Origin: an uncultured Bacilli bacterium
GTDB lineage: Bacteria > Bacillota_I > Bacilli_A > RF39 > UBA660
Direction of reading: 5' to 3'
Length of the DNA: 59,512 nt
Assembly (NCBI GenBank): GCA_910586865.1
Contig: CAJUIY010000003.1
Coordinates: 1-59,512 of the forward strand
The position numbers and the translations under genes were made by a program. The notes under the pieces were generated by a model that worked only from the letters and a program-made list of their open reading frames with translations, searched no databases and was not told the origin of the DNA. Shown here piece by piece: positions 1 to 9,279 of this stretch (the stretch's first letter is position 1; every line of letters begins with the position of its first letter).

Positions 1-392
1 AATATCATTTTTTTCTGAAATGCAATACCTATTTTTAGTTACGCAAGAAGTCTAAAGTATATCTATCAAAAAAGAATACCATAGATTTAGGTAAAATACT
101 TGTTAAAGATTCTTCTAATATGAACAAATTACATATAGGTTAGGTAGTATACTCTTTCTAAAATTATTATACCTGAGATGATTTTAAATAGCAAAGACAT
201 ATTTTAAACACATATCTTTCAAATAAGAACTTGCTAGTTTCTCCTCTCCCATTATTCCTCTTTCTTTACAAAAAACTCTCTCTACATTTCATGAGAATAT
301 ATTGAGATTGACTAGATTAATGCTATAATAAAAATAGGCACTAAAAAAAGGAATCCTAAAATATTTCTAACGTCTTGGTATGCGATTGTTTT

Positions 393-629
393 CTACTTTG
401 GGTCTTCAATAAATAGTTGTTCCAATGAAACACCTAAAGTATCTGCAATATGTCCAATATAATCTATTCTCGTATTTCTTCTAGCATTTTCAAGGTTAGA
501 TACATAAGTAGTAGTTGTCTTAAGTGCATCTGCAAAATCTTCTTGAGACCAATTCTTTTTCAAACGAAAGTATATGATGTTATTTGCTAAGATTTTACGA
601 GCATATTTTTCATATTTAATAAACATCAC
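393..629 (-). CDS. XRE-family helix-turn-helix transcriptional regulator (78 aa)
   Basis: Typical Cro/CI HTH_3 pattern (LKKNWSQEDFADALKTTTTYVSNLENARRN). Small size; divergent from a small ORF. Confidence 0.8.
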   Translation of the reverse strand: MMFIKYEKYARKILANNIIYFRLKKNWSQEDFADALKTTTTYVSNLENARRNTRIDYIGHIADTLGVSLEQLFIEDPK

Positions 630-768
630 ATCCTTTTTCTTATAACTTACTAATATTGTAATAAGTTTCTTATGTTTCGACCATACTTACTATGTAGCAA
701 GTTACAGAAAAATATACAAGAGTAAAGGAAAAAAATTTAGTGCTAGAAAGTGAATTAAAAAAAGGGAG

Positions 769-1068
769 TTGTATATGAACAAGAAAGAAAACCTTATACT
801 AGATGAAACGTTAACAAAAATTTATAAAACTTCATTTAAAATGGCGCGTGCTAATACTATAAATTTAATAGAATTTTATGATAAGAAACATAAATTATTA
901 CAACAAGAGAGAATGAAATTAGAAGAAAAAGAACCTTCAAAAATATGGAAAAAGGTTCATAGAGAATGGGAGTCAAAAAAAGAACGATTAAATTTGGAAA
1001 TCGAAGAAACATTTAATAAGCTTATGGAAAAATATATAGATCTTGAAGACTTGATTGGACTATCATAG
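769..1068 (+). CDS. hypothetical small coiled-coil protein (99 aa)
   Basis: GGGAG RBS-like sequence upstream of the ATG, charged helical sequence, followed by a hairpin terminator. No recognisable family. Confidence 0.5.
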   Translation: MYMNKKENLILDETLTKIYKTSFKMARANTINLIEFYDKKHKLLQQERMKLEEKEPSKIWKKVHREWESKKERLNLEIEETFNKLMEKYIDLEDLIGLS

Positions 1069-1102
1069 GCATTCATAATATTAGATAATTCACTTTCTTC
1101 TA

Positions 1103-1129
1103 AACACTTCTTATATAAGAGGTGTTTTT
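1103..1129 (+). terminator. Rho-independent terminator after the 99-aa ORF
   Basis: Hairpin AACACTTCTT-ATAT-AAGAGGTGTT followed by a TTTT run. Confidence 0.5.
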
Positions 1130-1195
1130 CTTTCCTCTAAAATGGCATTAAGAAAAAGAATAGTTAGAATCCTTCTTGTGAAATTTGTTTAAAGC

Positions 1196-1227
1196 ATAAG
1201 AAAAACTAGTATATTTTCATACTAGTT
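1196..1227 (-). terminator. Rho-independent terminator of the ABC exporter operon
   Basis: Perfect 9-bp stem AACTAGTAT / ATACTAGTT (1204-1212 / 1219-1227). On the minus strand it is followed by TTTTTCTT. Lies just downstream of the stop at 1245. Confidence 0.6.
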
Positions 1228-1244
1228 CCCTTCTCTTTTATCTA

Positions 1245-3599
1245 TTATAATTCAAATTGAGAATTGTATAAGTCTGCATAGAACCCTTCTTTTTTCATCA
1301 ATTCCTCATGATTTCCTTGTTCAATAATATTTCCATCTTTCATCACTAGAATCAAATCGGCATTTTTGATAGTAGATAGACGATGGGCAATAATAAAGGA
1401 AGTTTTTCCTTCTGTTAATTTATCCATTGCTTTTTGTACTAGCTCTTCTGTTCTCGTATCTACATTAGAAGTAGCTTCGTCCAAAATTAAGAAAGGAGCA
1501 TCTTCAATCATTCCTCTAGCAATTGTTAATAACTGTCTTTGTCCAGTGGATACACTATCATTATTGGAAATATCCGAATGATAAGCTTTAGGAAGGGTTC
1601 GGATGAAGTGATCTAAGCCTACTGTTTTGCATACTTCTTTTACTCTTTCCTCACTCACATTTTCACGATTGTAAACGATGTTTTCTAATACCGTACCTTG
1701 GAATAACCAAGTATCTTGAAGCACCATAGTGAAAAGACTATGAATATTTTCTCTTGTTAAATCTTTAATAGAAACACCATCTATTTTAATATCTCCACTC
1801 GAAATATCATAAAATTTCATTAATAGATTCACCATAGTTGTTTTTCCCGCTCCCGTTGGACCAACTATTGCAATTTTTTGACCACTGGTTGCTTTGGTAC
1901 TAAAATCTTTAATAGTAGGTTCCTTATTTCCATCATACGTAAAAGATACATGATTGAAAGCAATATTTCCCTTTACTTTTTCCTTTTCTAAAACATGATT
2001 TAGTGTCTCTTCGTTTTTCATCTCTTCTTCATCTAAAAGCTCAAATACTCGCTCTCCTGCTGCTGCGGTGGATTGTAGTGAAGTCATCGCTTGTGCAATT
2101 TGAGAAAGTGGCGAAGTAAATAATCGTACATAAGAAATAAAAGCAACAATAACACCAAAACTAATTAAATCATTTAACGTTAATAAAGCTCCCACAATAC
2201 AAACCGCTACATATCCAAAGTTTCCAATAAAATTCATCATTGGCATCATAAGTCCTGATAAAAATTGGCTTTTACGATTCGCATCATATACTTCTTCATT
2301 TAGTTTATCAAAGGCTTCATCGGATTCCTTTTTTCCATTATATACTTTTACTACGTTAAGACCAGAATAAACCTCTTCAATATGACCATTTAAAGCACCT
2401 AATTCTTTTTGTCTCGCAATAAAATATTTTTGAGATTTCCCAAGGATAACAAACATAAAGATAAATCCAAATAAACTTGCTAAAATGGCGGTTAATGCCA
2501 TTACCCAATTGGTATAAAACATCATCACAACCGTTCCTACAAGTAATGCTAATGCACTAACCAAAGTAGATAAAGATTGGTTCATGGATTGAGCAATCGT
2601 ATCAATATCATTTGTAACTCTTGATAAAATATCACCTGATAGATGGTTATCAAAATATTTAAGTGGTAAATTGTTTATTTTATTAGAAATCCGACTTCTT
2701 AATTTTCTGGCAAAGTTATTGGATACTACGGTCATAGAAATCGATTCTATATAATTAAATAAAGCACTGCAAAGATATAGGATTGCTAAAAACAAAGAGA
2801 TTTTTTTAATCTGATCCATATTCATGGTAGGCTCGATTACTTTTTTGATGTTTTTTGGCATTTCATCCATCTTTTGATATAATTTTTCTTTCTCCATCTC
2901 TTTATCTAATGTCTTTGCAGTATGTAAAAATTCTAATTGATCTTCTTTAGAAATGTTGATACCATCTATTTCAAATTCACTAAGAAAAACCTTCATAACA
3001 GAATCTGGTAGATTTATCTCTTCTTTATCGGATTGATTTGAAATACTTTCCAAAAGTTTTATTTTATCTTCTGAGGGAATCCATTGATTTTGATAAGTAG
3101 AATCTGTTAAAATTTTTCTTTGTATGCTTGTTGGCATTTCTAATATCATAGAAAGAGAGTTAGAACTCGTCATAGTAGAGAGTTTTTCTTGCATTATTCC
3201 TTTGTCTTCTTGTGATATTTCAGAATCACTCATAATTTCTATTATTTTGTTTTGAGACAAATCCATAGAAAGAATCTTTGGAAGTTCTTCTTTCATTGCT
3301 TCCTCTTCAAAAGAATTCGTAATGGTATTGGTTACCTTCTCTAAATTTTTACTATCAACTACCAATCCTTTTGTTATTTCATCTGTTAAATCTGATAACA
3401 TATTTGGTGCAAAAATGGAAAGAATCGAACTAATCGTAGATAATACAATCGCTATTGTAATTAATACACGGAATGGCTTTAGTTCTTTTAATAATCTTTT
3501 TATCGAACTTTTAAAATCTTTTGCTTTTTCAAAATTAGGACCACGCCCTCCTGGGCCTCTTCTTGGCCTTCTTCTTGAAGAATCATCGTTATTCTGCAT
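1245..3599 (-). CDS. ABC exporter permease/ATPase half-transporter (BmrD/YheH-like) with a large insertion between TM1 and TM2 (784 aa)
   Basis: C-terminal NBD with Walker A GPTGAGKTT, signature STGQRQ and Walker B LILDEATS. N-terminal Arg/Gly-rich tail. About 170 extra residues (roughly aa 80-255) sit between the first two TM helices. Confidence 0.9.
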   Translation of the reverse strand: MQNNDDSSRRRPRRGPGGRGPNFEKAKDFKSSIKRLLKELKPFRVLITIAIVLSTISSILSIFAPNMLSDLTDEITKGLVVDSKNLEKVTNTITNSFEEEAMKEELPKILSMDLSQNKIIEIMSDSEISQEDKGIMQEKLSTMTSSNSLSMILEMPTSIQRKILTDSTYQNQWIPSEDKIKLLESISNQSDKEEINLPDSVMKVFLSEFEIDGINISKEDQLEFLHTAKTLDKEMEKEKLYQKMDEMPKNIKKVIEPTMNMDQIKKISLFLAILYLCSALFNYIESISMTVVSNNFARKLRSRISNKINNLPLKYFDNHLSGDILSRVTNDIDTIAQSMNQSLSTLVSALALLVGTVVMMFYTNWVMALTAILASLFGFIFMFVILGKSQKYFIARQKELGALNGHIEEVYSGLNVVKVYNGKKESDEAFDKLNEEVYDANRKSQFLSGLMMPMMNFIGNFGYVAVCIVGALLTLNDLISFGVIVAFISYVRLFTSPLSQIAQAMTSLQSTAAAGERVFELLDEEEMKNEETLNHVLEKEKVKGNIAFNHVSFTYDGNKEPTIKDFSTKATSGQKIAIVGPTGAGKTTMVNLLMKFYDISSGDIKIDGVSIKDLTRENIHSLFTMVLQDTWLFQGTVLENIVYNRENVSEERVKEVCKTVGLDHFIRTLPKAYHSDISNNDSVSTGQRQLLTIARGMIEDAPFLILDEATSNVDTRTEELVQKAMDKLTEGKTSFIIAHRLSTIKNADLILVMKDGNIIEQGNHEELMKKEGFYADLYNSQFEL

Positions 3600-5352
3600 T
3601 TTCTAATTCCTCCTTTGATAATTGAGATAGTGCTATTTGCTTATACACCTCACAATTTTCTAGTAACTCTTTATGAGTACCCATACCAACACATTTACCA
3701 TTATCTAGAACCAGAATCTTATCTGCATTCATAATCGTTCCTATTCTTTGAGCAACAATCAAATTTGTAGCATCTTTTGTATATTTTTTTAATTCATGCC
3801 GTAAGACCGAATCGGTTTTATAATCTAAAGCAGAAAAGGAATCATCAAAAATATAAATTTCAGGTTCTCTCGCTATCGCACGAGCAATGGCAAGTCTTTG
3901 TTTTTGACCACCACTAACATTTGTACCACCTGAGGCAATATGGGTATCATACTGATTATCCATCTTTAAAACAAATTCTTCTGCTTGAGCTACTTTAATG
4001 GCTTCCTTAATTAGTTTTTCACTCTTTTCTTTGCCACTATCTCCATAAGAGACATTGGATTTTACTGTTCCATTAAACATCACTGCTTTTTGAGGAACAT
4101 ACCCTAGTTTTTGATAAAGAAAGTCTAATTTATAGTCTTTTACATTCACACCATCGATTAGGACTTCTCCATCGGTTACATCATAAAATCTTGGAACTAG
4201 GTTTATCAGTGTGGATTTACCACTTCCAGTGGAACCTATAAAAGCAACGGTTTCTCCTTTTTTTGCGGTAAAGGAAATGTCTTTTAATAAGTACTCCTCG
4301 GCATCAGGGTATTTAAAAGAAACGTTCTTAAATTCTACCTCACCACGTTTTTTAGTAGTATCTTTGTCAATCGTTCCATCTTTTACCGTAATATCCGTTT
4401 CTAAGACTTCGTTAATTCGAGAGGCCGAAACTTGTGCTCTTGGAAGCATCATAAAAATCATGGCAAGCATCAAAAAGGATATAATAACCTGCATTGCATA
4501 AGAAGAAAAGACTACCATATCACCAAATAAAGTTAATTTATCGGCCATCATTGCCTTATCGATTAAGTCTGCTCCAACAAAGTAAATGGCAAGAGTTAAA
4601 AAATACATTACTAAATACATGATAGGAGACAAAATGGCAAACTTCTTTTGATTAAATAATTGCTGATTGGTTAAAGCATTATTGACATCTTCAAATTTAT
4701 TGCTTTGATACTTTTCGGCATTAAAGGCACGTACTACACGAATACCAATTAAGTTTTCTCTAGTAACTCCATTGATTTTATCTGTTAATTTCTGTACAAT
4801 CTTAAATTTTGGCATTACAATACTAACAATTATTCCAATCGTGGATAATAAAATAACAACTGCTACGGCAGTAATGGTACTCCATTGCCAACTCTTATTT
4901 AAAATTTTAGTAACCGCCCAGATTGCTGTAATTGGTGCTTTAATTAACAATTGAAGCCCCATTCCAATTAACATCTCTACTTGTGTAATATCATTTGTTG
5001 TTCTAGTAATTAAGCTATTGGTTGAAAATGTTTTTACTTCATGTGTCGATAAATCTTCTACTTTATGAAATATTTTTTTTCTTGTTCGCAAAGAAAACGT
5101 AGAAGCTAAACCCGAAACAATATATCCAACTATCGCCGCAAAGAATAAACTTCCAAAGGCACATAGTACCATATAAGCCCCATTTTCTAAAATGTCGGCC
5201 ATTTTACTACCCTCTGTTTGCACCAAAACAGTAATTTCTGACATATAATCAGGCATTTTTAAATCTAACCATACTTGTAGAAAAATAAGACTTACTCCTA
5301 ATAAAGCGAAAAGCCACTCTTTTTTTCTAAAACAAGTTAATAATTTTATCAT
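3589..5352 (-). CDS. ABC exporter permease/ATPase half-transporter (BmrC/YheI-like), partner of the 784-aa subunit (587 aa)
   Basis: Six-TM domain plus NBD (GSTGSGKST, VSGGQKQR, IFDDSFSALD). Overlaps the downstream partner gene by 11 nt. Confidence 0.9.
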   Translation of the reverse strand: MIKLLTCFRKKEWLFALLGVSLIFLQVWLDLKMPDYMSEITVLVQTEGSKMADILENGAYMVLCAFGSLFFAAIVGYIVSGLASTFSLRTRKKIFHKVEDLSTHEVKTFSTNSLITRTTNDITQVEMLIGMGLQLLIKAPITAIWAVTKILNKSWQWSTITAVAVVILLSTIGIIVSIVMPKFKIVQKLTDKINGVTRENLIGIRVVRAFNAEKYQSNKFEDVNNALTNQQLFNQKKFAILSPIMYLVMYFLTLAIYFVGADLIDKAMMADKLTLFGDMVVFSSYAMQVIISFLMLAMIFMMLPRAQVSASRINEVLETDITVKDGTIDKDTTKKRGEVEFKNVSFKYPDAEEYLLKDISFTAKKGETVAFIGSTGSGKSTLINLVPRFYDVTDGEVLIDGVNVKDYKLDFLYQKLGYVPQKAVMFNGTVKSNVSYGDSGKEKSEKLIKEAIKVAQAEEFVLKMDNQYDTHIASGGTNVSGGQKQRLAIARAIAREPEIYIFDDSFSALDYKTDSVLRHELKKYTKDATNLIVAQRIGTIMNADKILVLDNGKCVGMGTHKELLENCEVYKQIALSQLSKEELENAE

Positions 5353-5822
5353 ATATTAATTTTCACTCCTTTTCTAACAATTTCTATTTGCTGTTTTCTA
5401 AGACATAATACCTTCATCTTTCTATGACATTCAGGGCACCTTGTATGTTTTATTCCTCTAGTGGAAGGTAGTGGTAGTCTTAGTATGGTTTTACACTTTC
5501 GACATTTTTTGTAAATATGATTTCTATCTCTTTTTTCCCATTTTTCTTTTAATTTTCTTCTCAGTAATAAATATTTCACATTTTCTTCTTTTCTTTTTTT
5601 CTTATTCTTGGAATATTTTCGTAACATCATAATCGAAAGAAGAAAGATTTCAACTAGTAATAAACTACGAGAAGAGAAGAAAAGATTCACCATAATTAAA
5701 ATCGTTACGATTTTCAATATAAAATAATAGAGTTCATCTATTCCATAGCGATGATACATCCATTTTTGATACCAACTAATAAATTTCACACATTCCCTCT
5801 TTTCCTTTTTGATAAATTCCAT
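5349..5822 (-). CDS. membrane protein with very basic linker and C-terminal zinc-ribbon (CxxC...CxxC)
   Basis: Two predicted TM helices, a K/R-rich segment, then CRKCKTILRLPLPSTRGIKHTRCPECHRKM. Overlaps the ABC gene start by 4 nt. The true start may be Met22 (5759), just after the TetR stop. Confidence 0.55.
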   Translation of the reverse strand: MEFIKKEKRECVKFISWYQKWMYHRYGIDELYYFILKIVTILIMVNLFFSSRSLLLVEIFLLSIMMLRKYSKNKKKRKEENVKYLLLRRKLKEKWEKRDRNHIYKKCRKCKTILRLPLPSTRGIKHTRCPECHRKMKVLCLRKQQIEIVRKGVKINI

Positions 5823-6402
5823 AACAGATTAAATCTAATTTTTTCAAATAGATTTCTCTTCCTTTTTCTTCTTGTTTTCGAACACCATCTAAACAAGAAA
5901 AAATTAAATTGTGCATGAATACTCCAAAGATAAATTCCAAATCAGTCGTTATGATTCCTTCTTTTCGGATTAAACTTTCTACCTCCTGGAAAATACATCT
6001 TCCAGGATCTTCTAAAAATATGTTTTTTTGGCACACATAACTACAAACATTTTTTAAAAATATTTTTAAATCTACTTGTTTCATTTTATTCGCTAACTCA
6101 TCATATAAATCAATAAAAGCCTCTCTGATATTTCCATCCCTTTTTCTAAACGCCTTTTTAATAATATGAAGAAGTCTATCCTGATATCGTAAAATGATAT
6201 AATCAAACAAATCATATTTATCATCAAAATACATGTAGAAACTTCCCCTAGGAATTTGGGCAGCCACTACAATCTTATTAATCGATGCTTTTTCTAACGT
6301 TGCAGTCGAAAACTCTTTCATGGCAGCATTTATTAATTTTCTCTTTTTTTCTTCACTTAAATTATGAAATGTTTGACTTGGCATAAATTCACATCCTAGC
6401 AT
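5776..6402 (-). CDS. TetR/AcrR-family transcriptional regulator
   Basis: N-terminal TetR HTH (KRKLINAAMKEFSTATLEKASINKIVVAAQIPRGSFYMYFDDKYDLF). The likely true start is Met7 (ATG at 6384), which has an AGGA RBS. Confidence 0.85.
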   Translation of the reverse strand: MLGCEFMPSQTFHNLSEEKKRKLINAAMKEFSTATLEKASINKIVVAAQIPRGSFYMYFDDKYDLFDYIILRYQDRLLHIIKKAFRKRDGNIREAFIDLYDELANKMKQVDLKIFLKNVCSYVCQKNIFLEDPGRCIFQEVESLIRKEGIITTDLEFIFGVFMHNLIFSCLDGVRKQEEKGREIYLKKLDLICYGIYQKGKEGMCEIY

Positions 6403-6419
6403 ACTATATATGCTTTTTC

Positions 6420-6449
6420 ATTATATTATGACACCTTGTCAGTTGTCAA
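6420..6449 (-). promoter_or_regulatory. sigma-A-type promoter of the tetR-ABC operon with an embedded palindromic operator
   Basis: On the minus strand: TTGACA (6449-6444), 18 nt, TATAAT (6425-6420). The perfect inverted repeat TGACA-N3-TGTCA (6429-6441) lies in the spacer. Confidence 0.55.
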
Positions 6450-6502
6450 TAGTAATTTATCTAAGCCATTACTTATTATCTAGAGCCATTACTTATTATA
6501 TG

Positions 6503-6548
6503 CAAAAAAAAGAAGTGAGTTTATCTTTTTCAAAGTTACTTACCTCTT
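6503..6548 (-). terminator. probable terminator downstream of the CAP-domain gene
   Basis: 11-bp imperfect stem (6510-6520 / 6538-6548), followed on the minus strand by a run of 8 T. Confidence 0.5.
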
Positions 6549-6708
6549 TTTAATAAGGGAATGAAAATCTTTTGTTATATAACTAACCTTATAATCTTTT
6601 ATACCTAACTCACCAACACTTCCTGTTAAAATAGTAGAAGAAACTTAAGATGAATCAATCCCATGAGTATCAATCAATTGGTAGATTAATATTCCAAAGT
6701 GTAGTTCC

Positions 6709-8073
6709 CTAATGTAGTTCCATGCTAGAAGGATTTCCTACAATTAAACAGTCAAAAGTTGTCTTTTGACCATTATAATCTACAGTTACGGTTGTAATCC
6801 CCTTTGTTGCAGAAGAAAAGCCACTTATCATATCCTCTGTTAAAGTTAGCGTAAAGGTTTGGCCATCTTTATCAGTTACCAAAAGAGTACTGCCAGTAAT
6901 ATCAAAAGTATCTCCTACTTTATATGTATTTTTCTTTGGTGTAGCAATAATAGATAAGATAGAACTATCACTACTATCACTACTTTTATAGTTTGTTGCA
7001 TCAAAGAACTCTGTTTTATATTCAATCTTAGCAGCCTTTTTGGTTTTATTATCAACTAATCCTGTAATTTCTACTTTGTATTTATCACCTTCTTTATAAC
7101 GATTACCAGAGGCAGATGGTTGAACAAAGGAAAGATTATAAAAATTCTCTGTTAATTTTCCATTTGCCGTAGTACATTCATAAGATTCATTTGTATTGAG
7201 ATTCGTTACAATTACTTTCAAATTATTAAGTGAATAGCTCATTTCCGCTTTGTTGATTTCCAAAGTCCAAGCCGAAGTATCTACTGGTAAGTCATCAAGA
7301 GGCATATAACCAGGTGCTGGATAAGCAGTATAGGCAAGTGTTTTAGATGCTCCCGTTGCTCCTTTTCCAAGAGCGGAGTATCCCCAAAAACTATTTTGCG
7401 TACTACTAACATAAGCAAACTGAAGACTACTGACACTATCACTAATGATAAAAAATCTATGACCAACCGTATCAAAAGTCGCCTTATTTAAATCATAACC
7501 TTCATCTAACCATCCTGTAATAGCTCCAGTAGGGGTGTATCCCCATGCCAAAATGTTATTGCTTGCTTTCGCACCTTGATTCCATAAGGCCTCACTCATA
7601 TCTGCTGGTTTTCCTTGCGTATTATTAATAATATGATTATGGTTCCAGATACGAACTAAGGCTCCTGCTTGTAAATCAGCAGAATGTGAAGAAGTATTTA
7701 AGGGTTTTGATCCAACCAACCATCTATAATAATTGGTCAGTGCCGTCATAGCAATATGAGTATCTTCTGTTAATTCTCCCCCATTATAAGGTGCTACTAC
7801 AGATGGTTTATTCTTGTAATAACTTTTCTCATCCCCCTCTTTATAAGTAAATCCTGCATTTTTTGCTTTATTATATTCACTAGCTATTTCCTTCTTACTT
7901 CTATTTTTAAATACCTCCCAATCATTTGCATTGTAGACCACTACCTCAATAGCCTTTGTCTCTAGACACAAAAAGGAAATACTAAAAAGGATAGTAGCAA
8001 ATAAAACAATTGCTAGTAACCCTTTCTTCCTTAATTTCTTTTTTTGCATTTTATCTCTCCTATTTTCCGTCAT
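6709..8073 (-). CDS. secreted CAP/SCP (PR-1-like) domain protein with C-terminal bacterial Ig-like domain (454 aa)
   Basis: N-terminal signal/anchor helix. CAP-like block (YYRWLVGSKPL ... GWLDEGY ... GHRFFIIS). The C-terminal about 80 aa resemble Big_3-type Ig repeats (YKVGDTFDITG...TVTVDYNGQKTTF). Confidence 0.75.
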   Translation of the reverse strand: MTENRRDKMQKKKLRKKGLLAIVLFATILFSISFLCLETKAIEVVVYNANDWEVFKNRSKKEIASEYNKAKNAGFTYKEGDEKSYYKNKPSVVAPYNGGELTEDTHIAMTALTNYYRWLVGSKPLNTSSHSADLQAGALVRIWNHNHIINNTQGKPADMSEALWNQGAKASNNILAWGYTPTGAITGWLDEGYDLNKATFDTVGHRFFIISDSVSSLQFAYVSSTQNSFWGYSALGKGATGASKTLAYTAYPAPGYMPLDDLPVDTSAWTLEINKAEMSYSLNNLKVIVTNLNTNESYECTTANGKLTENFYNLSFVQPSASGNRYKEGDKYKVEITGLVDNKTKKAAKIEYKTEFFDATNYKSSDSSDSSILSIIATPKKNTYKVGDTFDITGSTLLVTDKDGQTFTLTLTEDMISGFSSATKGITTVTVDYNGQKTTFDCLIVGNPSSMELH

Positions 8074-8150
8074 TCAAAAGGGTAAATGTATTCTATTTCC
8101 TTATATACTCTTACCTAACCCGTCTGTATTTCTATGACTTTTTTCTTAGT

Positions 8151-8179
8151 ATTATATTAAATCACTCTCTAATAGTCAA
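8151..8179 (-). promoter_or_regulatory. sigma-A promoter for the CAP-domain gene
   Basis: On the minus strand: TTGACT (8179-8174), 17 nt, TATAAT (8156-8151). Confidence 0.5.
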
Positions 8180-8277
8180 CCAATTTTAAAAAGGAGAGTT
8201 AGCATATAAAATAATGATATATACTGACTTTTGCCCCACTAGTTTTCTCCTTCCTTGCTGAAGGAAACTTTTAAGAA

Positions 8278-8309
8278 CAAAAAATCTACTATGTGATATC
8301 ATAGTAGAT
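8278..8309 (-). terminator. terminator after tRNA-Glu
   Basis: Stem ATCTACTATG / CATAGTAGAT (8284-8293 / 8300-8309), followed on the minus strand by TTTTTTG. Confidence 0.55.
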
Positions 8310-8322
8310 AAAAAAAATAAAA

Positions 8323-8399
8323 TGGTAGCCTGTACGGAATTCGAATCCGTGGATGCTGCCTTGAGAGGGCAGTGTGTTGAGCCTCTTCACCAACAGGCC
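8323..8399 (-). tRNA. tRNA-Glu (anticodon CUC)
   Basis: Hand-folded cloverleaf: acceptor GGCCTGT/ACAGGCT, anticodon stem CTGCC/GGCAG with loop CTCTCAA, T-loop TTCGAAT, encoded CCA. Very similar in layout to Bacillus tRNA-Glu. Confidence 0.9.
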
Positions 8400-8491
8400 A
8401 GAAACAATGTCTTCTTGAAAAGACAATATTATCTTACCATTAATTTTCGTTTTTGGCAAGTGTTTTATGAAAATTTTGTCGATTTTTACAG

Positions 8492-8926
8492 TTAATGATA
8501 TAAAGAAAACTTTTTGGTAAGTGGATCTAGTACTTCTTTTTCACCAAAAGTAACTAAACAATAGTATTCCATCTCTTCATTTGATGTTGCTAAAGTTTTT
8601 TCTAATTGTTCTTGGTAAGTATCCCCTGTCATTGTTTCTGTAAAATCTGTATAAAGAAGATTATGTTCCATCAGTTTTTGTCTTAATTTCTTAATTTCTC
8701 CATTTTTTCCTTTCAATACAATGAGTGATAGTCCTGAAATACTTTCATGAAGACCTCCATCCTTATCAGTAAAATCGATAAAACTCATCTTTTCTTTTAT
8801 CTCATCTGGAGCTTTCGCAACCAATCCTGCACAAGAGTGTGCAATCGCATTCAGGGCCTTTCCTATTTCTAAATTTTTATTGACAACTGCTACCAATTTA
8901 TGGGTTTCGTTATATACCATAAACAT
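8492..8926 (-). CDS. DUF2000-family protein (144 aa)
   Basis: Sequence pattern matches my recollection of DUF2000 (KLVAVVNKNLEIGKALNAIAH...DKDGGLH...LIVLKG...DFTE...Y..L..FG). Confidence 0.7.
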   Translation of the reverse strand: MFMVYNETHKLVAVVNKNLEIGKALNAIAHSCAGLVAKAPDEIKEKMSFIDFTDKDGGLHESISGLSLIVLKGKNGEIKKLRQKLMEHNLLYTDFTETMTGDTYQEQLEKTLATSNEEMEYYCLVTFGEKEVLDPLTKKFSLYH

Positions 8927-9006
8927 TCCTCCTTTTTTCTTATTTTACCTGAAATATATTTGTAATACAAGCCAAAAGAAAAACATAAAATGATAATGGT
9001 GATAAG

Positions 9007-9279
9007 ATGTATCAAATACAAGATGCTTTCTATGCAGCAGAACAATTAGGTATTCAGTTCCATCAGTTTAGTCCTGAGGAGTTTTTAACTGGTATTAATA
9101 TAGAACTAGAACATGGAACCATTCATGAGAAAACAAATGTAACGAATGATGATTTAATTACCACAGCAAAGATTGCTTTGGCTCACTTAAACGAATTTCC
9201 TAATTATTATAATAAAGACTATGGATTACTTGTATTCGAAAAATTTTTAGAATCCAAGCTACCAAAGTCTAAAAAATAA
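9007..9279 (+). CDS. small conserved protein, DUF5661-like (90 aa)
   Basis: Motifs IELEHGT and AKIALAHLNEFPNYYNK are as I recall for DUF5661. Followed by a weak hairpin and T-run. Confidence 0.6.
   Translation: MYQIQDAFYAAEQLGIQFHQFSPEEFLTGINIELEHGTIHEKTNVTNDDLITTAKIALAHLNEFPNYYNKDYGLLVFEKFLESKLPKSKK

Noticed and set aside
1-392. A 390-nt AT-rich non-coding leader at the window edge.
   Set aside because: No ORF, repeat or structured element was recognised. It is truncated by the window boundary.
7281-7475. Same-strand nested ORFs (7281-7475 inside the CAP gene; 48905-49090 inside the M16 peptidase; 36504-36692 antisense to gmk).
   Set aside because: These are alternative-frame or antisense artefacts within confidently called genes.
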